From a virus: a DNA stretch of 46,194 nucleotides. The first letter of the stretch is position 1. Every line of letters begins with the position of its first letter. The stretch lies in IMG/VR virus record IMGVR_UViG_3300045988_132972; one strand, 5' to 3'. A program made the position numbers and the translations under genes. Below are positions 6,662-15,068 of this stretch, one piece after another. Below the pieces are notes generated by a model. That model was not told where the DNA came from and made no database searches. It was given only the letters and a program-made list of their open reading frames with translations.

Positions 6662-6803
6662 GAATATTAACAACAAGAGTTGTGGTTGCCTCGATTAGCC
6701 TATTGATATCCCCAACAGTAGCCGGAGCATTTGAACTGGCGTTGCTTGGGTGTGCATTGCTGACAAATTGGTTAAGAGCCTCTTCTATAGCAGTTTTATC
6801 CAT
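6645..6803 (-). CDS. Small hypothetical protein (52 aa)
   Basis: The ATG at 6803 follows GAGAGGAGGA inside leader copy 2. Product MDKTAIEEALNQFVSNAHPSNASSNAPATVGDINRLIEATTTLVVNILNALD. The track's 205-aa version (to 7262) has no SD and is low-complexity antisense sequence. Confidence 0.6.
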   Translation of the reverse strand: MDKTAIEEALNQFVSNAHPSNASSNAPATVGDINRLIEATTTLVVNILNALD

Positions 6804-6810
6804 AATGTAT

Positions 6811-6850
6811 CCTCCTCTCATATGTACTAGGGAATGGCAGTTCCCAGTGA
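6811..6850 (-). repeat. 40-bp leader cassette, copy 2
   Basis: CCTCCTCTCATATGTACTAGGGAATGGCAGTTCCCAGTGA. Confidence 0.9.
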
Positions 6851-6854
6851 AAAC

Positions 6855-6863
6855 ATTATAGCA
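6855..6863 (-). promoter_or_regulatory. Extended -10 element TGCTATAAT for gene 6645..6803
   Basis: Complement of ATTATAGCA. It lies 52 nt upstream of the start codon. Confidence 0.5.
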
Positions 6864-6900
6864 GAGGGGATACAACAAGTATACGAAAGGAAGTGATTTT

Positions 6901-7056
6901 ATGTTGACAGTACAGGAGAAGCAGATAATTGAATCTTTAGCAGAGATTGTTCCAAGACTGCCAGACAGCCAGAAGCTGTACCTTCTTGGTGTAGGTGAGG
7001 GAATGGTCGTTATGTCTGAAAGACAGCAGAAGGAGAAAGAAAAGGTGATTGCATAA
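6901..7056 (+). CDS. Small hypothetical protein (51 aa)
   Basis: Found by hand: MLTVQEKQIIESLAEIVPRLPDSQKLYLLGVGEGMVVMSERQQKEKEKVIA. SD AAAGGAAG. Its stop overlaps the next start (TAATG). Confidence 0.55.
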   Translation: MLTVQEKQIIESLAEIVPRLPDSQKLYLLGVGEGMVVMSERQQKEKEKVIA

Positions 7057-7253
7057 TGAAAAAGAAAAGATATAAGAATCCGGAGAAGGCTCTGGAGACT
7101 GCTAAAAGGCTGTCTGAAAGACACAAGAAAGCATATGAAGTCTGGCCACATGGAGAGATTAAGGAAGTGTGGCCAGAAAGTAAAGAAGTTATGTGTATCA
7201 GATACGAATCCGGAACATGGTTTCATTATGATGCCGCCGGGAACTGGTGGTAA
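7056..7253 (+). CDS. Hypothetical protein (65 aa)
   Basis: ORF track. Translationally coupled to the upstream ORF. Confidence 0.6.
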   Translation: MKKKRYKNPEKALETAKRLSERHKKAYEVWPHGEIKEVWPESKEVMCIRYESGTWFHYDAAGNWW

Positions 7254-7306
7254 TAAGGACATTCAGGTAATTAATAAATTGTATTAAAGAATCAAGGAGA
7301 CGGCAC

Positions 7307-7474
7307 ATGGAGTATGTTTTAAAAAATACTACCGTATATGAGGACGGCAGCGTGGTCAATGTTCACTCTCCTATATTGACTCCGGAGGAAAGAGAACAGA
7401 GAGAAAAGCGCCTGCACAATGCAGCGGCGCAATTTGCAAGAAGCATAAAAACGGAAGAACTGCAAATGAGGTAA
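7307..7474 (+). CDS. Small hypothetical protein (55 aa)
   Basis: Found by hand: MEYVLKNTTVYEDGSVVNVHSPILTPEEREQREKRLHNAAAQFARSIKTEELQMR. SD AAGGAGA. Confidence 0.55.
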   Translation: MEYVLKNTTVYEDGSVVNVHSPILTPEEREQREKRLHNAAAQFARSIKTEELQMR

Positions 7475-7476
7475 TC

Positions 7477-8097
7477 ATGAAGAAATTATTAGAGATAATA
7501 CCACTTCTGATAGGTACATGTCTGTTAGTGGAAATGACAATAGAGGCTTTTACATATGATCCTGTCACTCCGGTTAATGTAGTGAATTATAACACTGTCT
7601 ATAACATCAAAGTCATTGTTCCTCATGAAACACCGGAATATACGGAAGCGAAGTTTGGTAATAATGCATTTTTAACACATATAGAAAGGATTGGAGAAAT
7701 GGGAACAAAGAGTACATATACAGGATACTGTTTATATTGCCAGCAGCAGGGAATGGTCACTGTTGAAGATGATGTGGCGAAAGAATATGAAGGCAGGGAC
7801 GAGGATTTCAGCGCATTTCTTAATGAAGAAGCAACGAAAATATGTAAATGCGAAGCTTCAAGAGCATGGTGGAATGTTGAAAGACGCGTAAGGAAAGCAG
7901 AAGCCAGATGTCTTGAGGTTGCGGATAGTGAATATATAGGAGAAGTATTGGAGTCTTCAGTAAGACCTATTATGAAAAGTGAATTTGACAGGCTCACCAT
8001 TAAAGATGGGGGAGTTACTTACAGTGTGTATCTGGATAATGACGAGAGAATTCATGTCAGGAGAGAATATAAGGTCACGGACGATAAAACGGAATAA
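7477..8097 (+). CDS. Hypothetical protein with an N-terminal signal/TM segment (206 aa)
   Basis: ORF track. N-terminus MKKLLEIIPLLIGTCLLV. SD GAGGT. Confidence 0.7.
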   Translation: MKKLLEIIPLLIGTCLLVEMTIEAFTYDPVTPVNVVNYNTVYNIKVIVPHETPEYTEAKFGNNAFLTHIERIGEMGTKSTYTGYCLYCQQQGMVTVEDDVAKEYEGRDEDFSAFLNEEATKICKCEASRAWWNVERRVRKAEARCLEVADSEYIGEVLESSVRPIMKSEFDRLTIKDGGVTYSVYLDNDERIHVRREYKVTDDKTE

Positions 8098-8297
8098 AAA
8101 AAGAGCTGCCGGAGAGCAGCTCAAACCAAGATAGACAAGCCGTGTAACGACTTAAATACATTATATTCTATTGTATTAATAAAGTCAAGAAAATCAATTA
8201 AATTATGGCTTTTTAAAAGCAAAAATAAATGCGGTCAAAGCCGCATAAAAACTTGATTGAAATAATTAACTTAAGAACCAGGAGAGACATTTTTAAT

Positions 8298-9074
8298 ATG
8301 CCATATGTAAAAGAGATATGTGTGGCAGGTAGCGTGGTAACGATAAGGAGATATCATACCCTTAGATATAACTGTAAGGGGGAAAAGAGAGAAAATAGAG
8401 AGAAGCCTACAACAGAGATGCAGAGGCTTATAAACGAGAGGGCGGCGACAAGAAAACTGGCAGCGTCAATGAATACGAATTGGCGGGACGATACAGGAAT
8501 GCTTGTTACATTCACTTACGCGAAAGATAAAAGACCGCCCACTGTGGAAGAAATGAATAACGATATACGCAACCTGCTAAAAAAACTCCGCAAGGAGCTT
8601 AAAGGTATAGCACCACTAAAGTATATATATGTCAAGGAAGTAGGAAAGAAAGGTGCGCACCATATTCATATGATTATGGATATATGCGATATGCAGATTC
8701 TAAAAAAATGCTGGCGAAAAGGACATGTTGACATTAAGCCACTTGACAGTGACAACGATTATACACGAATAGCAGAATACTTTATAAAGTATGCGAATAA
8801 AACCGAACAAGCATTAGGGGGGAGAATAGGCAAGCGCTGGAATTCTTCCCGTAACTTAAAAAAGCCGGTAATTATTAAAACAGTTGTAAATGCTTCAACA
8901 TTTGCTGGCAAATCAAGAAAGAACACTATCAGGAAATGGGAAGACCAGGGATATTACATGGTTGTAGGTTCGGAAGTATGCGGAACATCAGAATTAGGAT
9001 TTAAGTATTATGAAGTAAAATTCAGGAGGCGACAAAGTGATAAAGGTAAACATATACATAGGGGTATCGGCTAG
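8298..9074 (+). CDS. HUH-superfamily rolling-circle replication initiator (phiX174 A / P2 gpA type)
   Basis: Motif 1-like LVTFTY. HUH motif GAHHIHMIM. Two-tyrosine motif AEYFIKYANK (compare YVAKYVNK of phiX174 A). The start at M24 follows GGAGAG. Confidence 0.75.
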   Translation: MPYVKEICVAGSVVTIRRYHTLRYNCKGEKRENREKPTTEMQRLINERAATRKLAASMNTNWRDDTGMLVTFTYAKDKRPPTVEEMNNDIRNLLKKLRKELKGIAPLKYIYVKEVGKKGAHHIHMIMDICDMQILKKCWRKGHVDIKPLDSDNDYTRIAEYFIKYANKTEQALGGRIGKRWNSSRNLKKPVIIKTVVNASTFAGKSRKNTIRKWEDQGYYMVVGSEVCGTSELGFKYYEVKFRRRQSDKGKHIHRGIG

Positions 9075-9489
9075 AGGACCCGCAATAAAGAAACATGCAA
9101 GCTATATGTATGTGATAAAAGCCTGCATCAAAGATAAAGAGTGCATCAGGAACGGTAAGGGAACATTGGAAAATACAACAGAAAATCAGCTTACACTTAC
9201 AGCTATTGTCCACGCACTTATGAGATTTAATAAGGGGTGCGATATCTGTATTAATACATCTAATGAGCATGTACTTAACTCATGTCGTAATGCATGGCCG
9301 CAACAGTGGGCTAAGAATAACTGGGTGAAATCTAATGGAAGACAGGTCAAAAATGCTGAATTATGGCAGCAGTACTTAAATGTGAGCAGAATGCACAACA
9401 TAAGCTGGTCTGATGAAAAAGAACATGAATTCAGCAAATGGATTGATCATGAGCTTAAAAAGATGGAGGCGGAATATGTCAGGGTATAA
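9037..9489 (+). CDS. RNase HI-like protein with a degenerate active site
   Basis: TENQLTLTAIVHALMRF and WAKNNWVKSNGRQVKNAELWQQY align with E. coli RNase HI TNNRMELMAAIVALEAL and [23 protein letters not shown]. The D10, E48 and D70 equivalents read G, T and S. GTG start after AGGAGG. Confidence 0.7.
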   Translation: MIKVNIYIGVSARGPAIKKHASYMYVIKACIKDKECIRNGKGTLENTTENQLTLTAIVHALMRFNKGCDICINTSNEHVLNSCRNAWPQQWAKNNWVKSNGRQVKNAELWQQYLNVSRMHNISWSDEKEHEFSKWIDHELKKMEAEYVRV

Positions 9490-9673
9490 GGAAGAACAAA
9501 TCAAAGAGAAACTTGACAGACTTGAATGGCTTCGTGAGGCGATTATATCTTATAGCCCCAATAATACCGTAGAAAATACGAACATGAGAGTTTACAACCT
9601 CACAGAAGTAACAGGACATATTGCAAAACTTAAGCGGGAATTATACGAATGCCAGAATCCGACTACATTTTAA
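9476..9673 (+). CDS. Hypothetical protein (65 aa)
   Basis: The internal ATG of track ORF 9413..9673 lies 6 nt after GGAGG. Confidence 0.6.
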   Translation: MSGYKEEQIKEKLDRLEWLREAIISYSPNNTVENTNMRVYNLTEVTGHIAKLKRELYECQNPTTF

Positions 9674-9693
9674 AAGGTCAAAAAGACGCAAAC

Positions 9694-9710
9694 CCGCATA
9701 AAATCAGAAT
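9694..9710 (+). promoter_or_regulatory. Box CCGCATAAAATCAGAAT, copy 1
   Basis: Exact 16-17-nt match to 18060-18075 and 18131-18147. It is intergenic, ahead of the 9825 gene block, and is followed by the hairpin TGGAGTA..TACTCCA. Confidence 0.6.
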
Positions 9711-9824
9711 TGGAGTAGCATTTTACTCCAAAACTATCTACATGATACTTATTTATCTAAGTATATATCACAGTAACTATTAATCTGGCAGCAGTCCTCC
9801 CACTATGGGAGGAGAAAGGAGAAC

Positions 9825-10142
9825 ATGAGCGCAAGCATATTACAGAACACTAAAGAATGCTTTTTATGCCGCCTGGAAGCGGAAGAAAATGGTATATACA
9901 TACAACTTCCTTCCGGTGGACTTGAAAAACATCATGTTATGCATGGTACAGCTAATCGCAAAATGTCAGAGAAGTACGGATTGACCGTGTATCTTTGCCC
10001 CAAGGACCATAGAACAGGCAAAAAGGCAGTACATAACTGCCGGGAAACGGATTTGAAATTAATCTGCATTGCTCAAAAGAAATTTGAGGATATACACGGA
10101 CATGATGAGTGGATGCGGGCATTTGGGAAAAACTATATTTAA
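9825..10142 (+). CDS. HNH-motif / zinc-finger nuclease-like protein
   Basis: CFLC...LEKHHVMHGTANRKMSEKYGLTVYLCPKDHR carries a Cys pair plus an HH...N...H arrangement. SD AAAGGAG. Confidence 0.55.
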   Translation: MSASILQNTKECFLCRLEAEENGIYIQLPSGGLEKHHVMHGTANRKMSEKYGLTVYLCPKDHRTGKKAVHNCRETDLKLICIAQKKFEDIHGHDEWMRAFGKNYI

Positions 10143-10158
10143 TCAAGGAGGGCAAGTC

Positions 10159-10416
10159 GTGAAGAACACATTAGGAGACTTAAACAATTATTTATTTGAA
10201 CAGCTTGATAAGCTGGGAGATGAAGATTTAACAGGAGACGAACTTGATTCAGAAATCAGGAGATCGGAAGCAATGGCAAAGGTAAGTGAGCAGATTATCA
10301 GAACCGGAGAACTGCAGTTCAAAGCTATGCAGCACATGGACGAATATGGATACGACAGACCGAAGGCAATTCCTGAAATGCTTGAGGTTCGCCCTCATCA
10401 GGGGGGGAGTAAGTAA
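10159..10416 (+). CDS. Hypothetical protein (85 aa)
   Basis: The GTG at 10159 lies after AAGGAGGG, within track ORF 10069..10416. Confidence 0.6.
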   Translation: MKNTLGDLNNYLFEQLDKLGDEDLTGDELDSEIRRSEAMAKVSEQIIRTGELQFKAMQHMDEYGYDRPKAIPEMLEVRPHQGGSK

Positions 10417-11219
10417 TGAAGTGGCCGGAGGAAGTTGTCAGATGGCTGCATGATAATGTACCAGGAAGAACAACAAAACAGGTGACTGAATTAATTAAGC
10501 AGCAAGGCTTTGAAGAAAAGTACGAAATAATATTCACCGAGGACAATATCAAGGGAGCGAAAAACAGATACCACATTAAAAGCGGAACAACCCCAGGATT
10601 TCCTAAAGGGCGTTCTCTTAAATATCCTTCGGAAATGCGGGAATATATCCGCAGCATTACTCCGGGAAGAACTAAAAATGAGATTGCAAAGATGGTGTCT
10701 GAACATTTTGGGATAGAATTCACATATGCAATGTGCAAAGGATACATGGCAAGAAATGACTTACGCTGCAGCAATGATGGCAGATTCCCTAAAGGTAATG
10801 TTCCTTACAACAAAGGCAAGCATATGAGTAAAGAACAATATGAGAAATGCAAGGACACTATGTTCAAGAAAGGCAATATCCCGGCTAATCGCATGAAAGT
10901 TGGTGAATATACTCATACTACAGACGGATACCTGATAAGGAAAGTTAAGGAAGAAGGTAGCCAGAGAGAACGATTTGAATTTGTTCACCGGGCAACCTGG
11001 GAGAAATACAATGGTCCTATTCCCAAAGGGAAAAAGATTATATTTCTTGATAATAACAAGGACAATTGCGATATATCCAATCTGGCGCTTGTTGATGGTT
11101 CGGAACTTTTGCAATTATCAAGAAAAGGATTCAGATCTGACGAGGCAGAATTAACAAAGGCTGGCTTACTTACGGTTAAGTTAAATGCAAAGGTAAAATC
11201 TGTTAAGAAAAAGAGGTAA
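10416..11219 (+). CDS. HNH_3-type (homing-endonuclease-like) protein
   Basis: FVHRATWEKYNGPIPKGKKIIFLDNNKDNCDISNLALV matches the HRLVWE..GPIP.G..V.H.DGNK.NN...NL.L pattern, although the His of the H.DGN position reads F. Confidence 0.7.
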   Translation: MKWPEEVVRWLHDNVPGRTTKQVTELIKQQGFEEKYEIIFTEDNIKGAKNRYHIKSGTTPGFPKGRSLKYPSEMREYIRSITPGRTKNEIAKMVSEHFGIEFTYAMCKGYMARNDLRCSNDGRFPKGNVPYNKGKHMSKEQYEKCKDTMFKKGNIPANRMKVGEYTHTTDGYLIRKVKEEGSQRERFEFVHRATWEKYNGPIPKGKKIIFLDNNKDNCDISNLALVDGSELLQLSRKGFRSDEAELTKAGLLTVKLNAKVKSVKKKR

Positions 11220-11221
11220 CA

Positions 11222-11347
11222 ATGAAAGAATTTTTAATTTTAATGGCGCTTATTCCTATAGGCTGTGCAGTGGCAGCAGGTTTTCTCTTGGTTGTATGCT
11301 ATATCATCAAAATTATCAGATACATAATAGACAGAGAGGAGAAATAA
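11222..11347 (+). CDS. Small membrane peptide (41 aa)
   Basis: Found by hand: MKEFLILMALIPIGCAVAAGFLLVVCYIIKIIRYIIDREEK. Tightly packed between neighbouring genes. Confidence 0.45.
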   Translation: MKEFLILMALIPIGCAVAAGFLLVVCYIIKIIRYIIDREEK

Positions 11348-11521
11348 ATGGGAATAGCAAAGACAGATTGCATTTTCATTCAGATAAAACATAGAGAATG
11401 CAGGGCATTACGGAAGCTGTACTGTTCAGCATGCGAAGATGGTAAATGCAATTTTTATAAGTCCACAAGAGATTATAACGAGGACGGAACTAAGAAAGAT
11501 AATAAATGGGAGGGTGTATGA
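11348..11521 (+). CDS. Small Cys-rich protein (57 aa)
   Basis: Found by hand: MGIAKTDCIFIQIKHRECRALRKLYCSACEDGKCNFYKSTRDYNEDGTKKDNKWEGV. Start and stop are coupled to the neighbouring genes. Confidence 0.5.
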   Translation: MGIAKTDCIFIQIKHRECRALRKLYCSACEDGKCNFYKSTRDYNEDGTKKDNKWEGV

Positions 11522-12114
11522 GTAGATTAACAACTCACAAAAAGGTTGAGGAAATGTCAATGATGGAATTAGCACATAATTGTTGCTATGCAGATGGAAA
11601 GCGTAACGCCAGATACAGAGATTACAATTTAGACATTGACAGTAGGCAGCTTGCAAGAAATCTTATGAAAGATATTTGCAATGTAGATTTAACTGATTTA
11701 TCAGATGAAGAATTTGAGGAATATATGGGTTCTATGCTTCAGTATGAAATAGATAGTACAGTAGGATTATTAGCTGTGTTTTATCGTAACTTATGGGCTA
11801 TGGCCAGATTAAGAGAAAAACTGCAGGCTTATGAAGACTTAGACGAAATAGGATACTTGACATGGACTCCGGTAACAGAAAAGGCTCCTGGCGAGTCCTG
11901 CAATGTTCCTAACCTTTTATTATCGTTCTCTGAACCATATATAATAATGGCGGGAAGATATGAGATCAATAAAGACGGTGAAGGACATTTTTACTTAAGA
12001 GATGAAAAGACACCTTGTGAATCAAAGGGATTACATGTTAATGCCTGGTTAAAAATGTTACCTCCGTATGAGGAGCTAGTGAGTGTAAGCAAAAATTTTG
12101 ATGTTAGGAGGTAA
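11518..12114 (+). CDS. Hypothetical phage protein, DUF551-like C-terminus
   Basis: ATGA overlap start after GGGAGG. The C-terminal segment WTPVTEKAPGE...AWLKMLPPYE resembles DUF551. Confidence 0.65.
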   Translation: MSRLTTHKKVEEMSMMELAHNCCYADGKRNARYRDYNLDIDSRQLARNLMKDICNVDLTDLSDEEFEEYMGSMLQYEIDSTVGLLAVFYRNLWAMARLREKLQAYEDLDEIGYLTWTPVTEKAPGESCNVPNLLLSFSEPYIIMAGRYEINKDGEGHFYLRDEKTPCESKGLHVNAWLKMLPPYEELVSVSKNFDVRR

Positions 12115-12118
12115 AGAT

Positions 12119-12520
12119 ATGTGGCACATAACAAGAGAAGATGGAAGCGGCGTTGATTTAATAAATAACGCAGCATTGATGTTATATCTGAATACTGGTG
12201 ATGAAGCTGATTTTAACGAAATAATATCAATCGAAAAGATTACTAAGACGGTCACAGAAAATGTAAAACCGGAAGAGGTTAAGCGTTCTACATGGCAGCA
12301 GTTCAGAGAATGCGGAATGCTGTGGTGGATTAATATGATCTTACATACATTTGGCTGGTCCATTGTTTTAGCATTAGACGGAGATATAGTCAAAGATGCA
12401 TATCCGGCAAGAGTAAAATTCCGTGGATTTTCTACAAAAAATAATACGGAAGGATACATAAAAGTTAGCCAGTACATGAAAGAAAATGCAGGAATCTTAC
12501 TTGAAGAGGCAAAAGAATGA
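12119..12520 (+). CDS. Hypothetical phage protein (133 aa)
   Basis: The ATG at 12119 lies after TAGGAGG. Confidence 0.7.
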   Translation: MWHITREDGSGVDLINNAALMLYLNTGDEADFNEIISIEKITKTVTENVKPEEVKRSTWQQFRECGMLWWINMILHTFGWSIVLALDGDIVKDAYPARVKFRGFSTKNNTEGYIKVSQYMKENAGILLEEAKE

Positions 12521-13120
12521 AAGACTGGACAGGAAACGGGAACAGCATTTACAAGACCTTAGGGGCGTCTAATCACACGGAAAAGGAAAGACAGAAAAAT
12601 GATTATTATGCGACAGAACCACATGCGACAGAACTTTTATTAGAAAAAGAGAAATTTTCTTCAAATATATGGGAATGTGCATGTGGGGGGGGGTCACATT
12701 TCTGATGTTCTTAAGAAAAATGGATACACAGTACATAGCACAGATTTGATTAATCGTGGATATGAAGGAACTGTGTGTGAAGATTTTCTTAAAACAACTC
12801 ATGTGAATGTAATGGATATAATAACTAATCCTCCGTATAAATTCGCAAGGGAATTCGTCGAACATGCTCTTGATATTTCTATCCAGGGAATAAAGATTGC
12901 AATGTTTTTAAAACTTCAATTTTTGGAAGGAAAAGCAAGAAGAAAACTGTTTGACGAGAATCCACCCAGGGTAATATATGTTTCAAGCGGAAGGCTGTTA
13001 TGTGCAAAGAATGCTGAATTTGAAAAAATGAAAGCTGGCGGAGGTTCAGCTGTTGCGTATGCATGGTTTATCTGGGAAAAGGGTTATAAAGGAGATACGG
13101 TTGTTAAGTGGATTAATTGA
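12517..13120 (+). pseudogene. SAM-dependent DNA methyltransferase (NPPY type), reading frame interrupted at a G9 tract
   Basis: ORF 12517..12705 ends ..WECACGGGSHF. ORF 12677..13120 reads ..GGGHISDVLKKNGY...DIITNPPYKF. Removing one G gives a continuous WECACGGGHISDVL (motif I) through NPPY (motif IV). Confidence 0.85.
12685..12693 (+). repeat. Homopolymeric G9 tract
   Basis: Counted directly: tgtGGGGGGGGGtcac. Confidence 0.95.
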
Positions 13121-13134
13121 GAGGAGAATAATCT

Positions 13135-13431
13135 ATGAAGAAGAAATTTTTAGTAGTTATATTAGGTTTGATATTATGCGTGGGAATGGTAGGGTGTACC
13201 GATACAGGTGGCTTTAAAGACCATGACAAACATTCAAAATTGATTGGAATTGAGGGCGAGGAAGATTTGTATTATTACTCTACAACTCATATTGTTTACA
13301 TAACATTTTATGAAGGTGTAGGAGGACAATATGGATATAGCTACGGCTATATGGCGCCGTATTATTCAGAAAGCGGTAAATTATGTATTTATGACACTGA
13401 AAATAAAGCTATTATTGAAATAGGAGAATAG
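13135..13431 (+). CDS. Putative lipoprotein (98 aa)
   Basis: MKKKFLVVILGLILCVGMVGCTD is a signal peptide with a lipobox-like MVGC. SD GAGAGGAG. Confidence 0.75.
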   Translation: MKKKFLVVILGLILCVGMVGCTDTGGFKDHDKHSKLIGIEGEEDLYYYSTTHIVYITFYEGVGGQYGYSYGYMAPYYSESGKLCIYDTENKAIIEIGE

Positions 13432-13434
13432 ATA

Positions 13435-13869
13435 ATGCGGAAAACTATTCCTAAAAAGATCAGAAAAATTGTGTATCAAAAATACAATGGCCATTGTGCA
13501 TATTGTGGCTGTGAGATACCGGAAAAAGGATTTAATGTAGACCACCTTCATTGTTTAAGAAATTATGAGCATACCGAAGAATTTACGGGTATAGATGTAC
13601 ACGATATAAGCAATATGATGCCAGCTTGCGGCTCTTGCAATCGATACAAGGCAACGATGGATTTAGAGACATTTAGGGAACAACTACAAAAAATACCAGA
13701 CAGGCTAAAAAGGGATGTGTGTACTTACAATATCGCTGTGAGGTTTGGTATGGTTCAGGAAAAACGAGAGCCAATAAAATTTTACTTCGAAAAAATGAAA
13801 GAAACAGGAACGGCAGAAGTCACAGGAAAAGAATTTCAAGTCCGAATACATAATAAGTGGATTAATTGA
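13435..13869 (+). CDS. HNH endonuclease
   Basis: CAYCGC...NVDHLHC...NMMPACGSCNRYK is an HNH motif with flanking Cys pairs. Confidence 0.85.
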   Translation: MRKTIPKKIRKIVYQKYNGHCAYCGCEIPEKGFNVDHLHCLRNYEHTEEFTGIDVHDISNMMPACGSCNRYKATMDLETFREQLQKIPDRLKRDVCTYNIAVRFGMVQEKREPIKFYFEKMKETGTAEVTGKEFQVRIHNKWIN

Positions 13870-14103
13870 GAGGTAACAAGTGTTTAAATTATTTAGAAAG
13901 GAATAACGAATCCTCGGTAAACCGAGGTTGCTAAATAAAGATGTTAAAGATTTAGTTGTAAAGTGTGAAATAGTAGCGTTGATGATTCGATAAGGTGGAA
14001 TTTGAAGTAGCGCAGTTATACGGTAATCGGTAATTGAGTTTCAGACCATTGGCACGGGAAGTCGATTCACACTATCCACGCACAGGATTTGTAGCGTGGT
14101 GTT

Positions 14104-14865
14104 ATGAAAAAAGATTATAAGGTGTGTTGGTTATCTGCAGGAGTTTCAAGCTTTATTGCAGGATATTTGAACGATACAGCCATATTCACAGATGGAGAAG
14201 GAAAGGAATACAGGAGGACTCCGATTGATGAATGGATATATATTGATATAAAGGACCAGCACCCTGATAGTATGCGATTTATAAGGGATTGTGAAAAAAT
14301 AATAGGTAAGAAAGTAACGATTCTTAAATCTGACAGGTTTAATTGCGTCGAAGATGTTATTAGAAAGTACAAGTTCATAAATTCAGAGCATGGCGCACCT
14401 TGTACAGGGATGCTAAAGAAAGCAGTAAGGAAGAAGTGGGAAAATGAACATAAAGAACACACTTTAACCTATGTTTGGGGAATGGATCTTAACGAGAAAA
14501 ACAGGGCGGAAAGATTAAATACAAATTTTCCTGAACAAATGCATGAGTTTCCATTAATTGATTTGATGCTTAAAAAACAGGATTGCCACGCTATTGCAAA
14601 TAGAATGGGAATATCCAGACCGCTTATGTACGAATTGGGCTATCAGAACAATAATTGCATAGGTTGTGTAAAAGGCGGAATGGGTTACTGGAATAAAATA
14701 CGGAAAGATTTTCCAGAAGTATTTGAAAGCAGGGCAAAGTTAGAAAGAGAAATAGGCGCAACCTGTATTAATGGCACATTTTTAGACGAATTAGAACCTG
14801 ACAGGGGAAGAATAGAAGACGAAATCAGCACAGATTGCGGAATTATGTGTTACTTGAACCTATAA
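14104..14865 (+). CDS. PAPS-reductase-like (PP-loop ATP pyrophosphatase superfamily) protein, P-loop partly degenerate
   Basis: N-terminal VCWLSAGVSSFIAGYL versus the SGGKDS consensus. CIGCVKGG near the C-terminus. Weak SD. Preceded by a 234-nt non-coding gap. Confidence 0.6.
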   Translation: MKKDYKVCWLSAGVSSFIAGYLNDTAIFTDGEGKEYRRTPIDEWIYIDIKDQHPDSMRFIRDCEKIIGKKVTILKSDRFNCVEDVIRKYKFINSEHGAPCTGMLKKAVRKKWENEHKEHTLTYVWGMDLNEKNRAERLNTNFPEQMHEFPLIDLMLKKQDCHAIANRMGISRPLMYELGYQNNNCIGCVKGGMGYWNKIRKDFPEVFESRAKLEREIGATCINGTFLDELEPDRGRIEDEISTDCGIMCYLNL

Positions 14866-14876
14866 AGGAGTTAGAT

Positions 14877-15068
14877 ATGACTTATAAAAAGTTGTTGAAA
14901 GAAGCTAAAAAGCATATACGAACAAGAATTATTGATTACAAGCCTGCTAGTAGTATACATATAGCTGGAATAAATGATAATAGCCAGATACCAAACGCAA
15001 TTATATGTTGGCTTAAAGATGGTTCACAGATAGTATATATTAGTGGCAAAATAGGAGGGAAAAAATGA
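14877..15068 (+). CDS. Hypothetical protein (63 aa)
   Basis: The ATG at 14877 lies after AAAGGAG, within track ORF 14835..15068. Confidence 0.6.
   Translation: MTYKKLLKEAKKHIRTRIIDYKPASSIHIAGINDNSQIPNAIICWLKDGSQIVYISGKIGGKK

Noticed and set aside
6645-7262. The 205-aa minus-strand ORF from the track.
   Set aside because: Only the last 52 codons have an SD and promoter (start at 6803). The upstream part is antisense to three well-supported plus-strand ORFs and translates to low-complexity S/F/L-rich sequence.
13870-14103. A possible tRNA or known riboswitch in the 234-nt gap (GTAGCGCAGTTATACGG looks D-arm-like).
   Set aside because: I could not build a cloverleaf: the D-stem partners do not pair, and there is no GTTCRANYC T-loop with a flanking stem. 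No riboswitch consensus was recognisable by eye. A covariance-model scan is needed.
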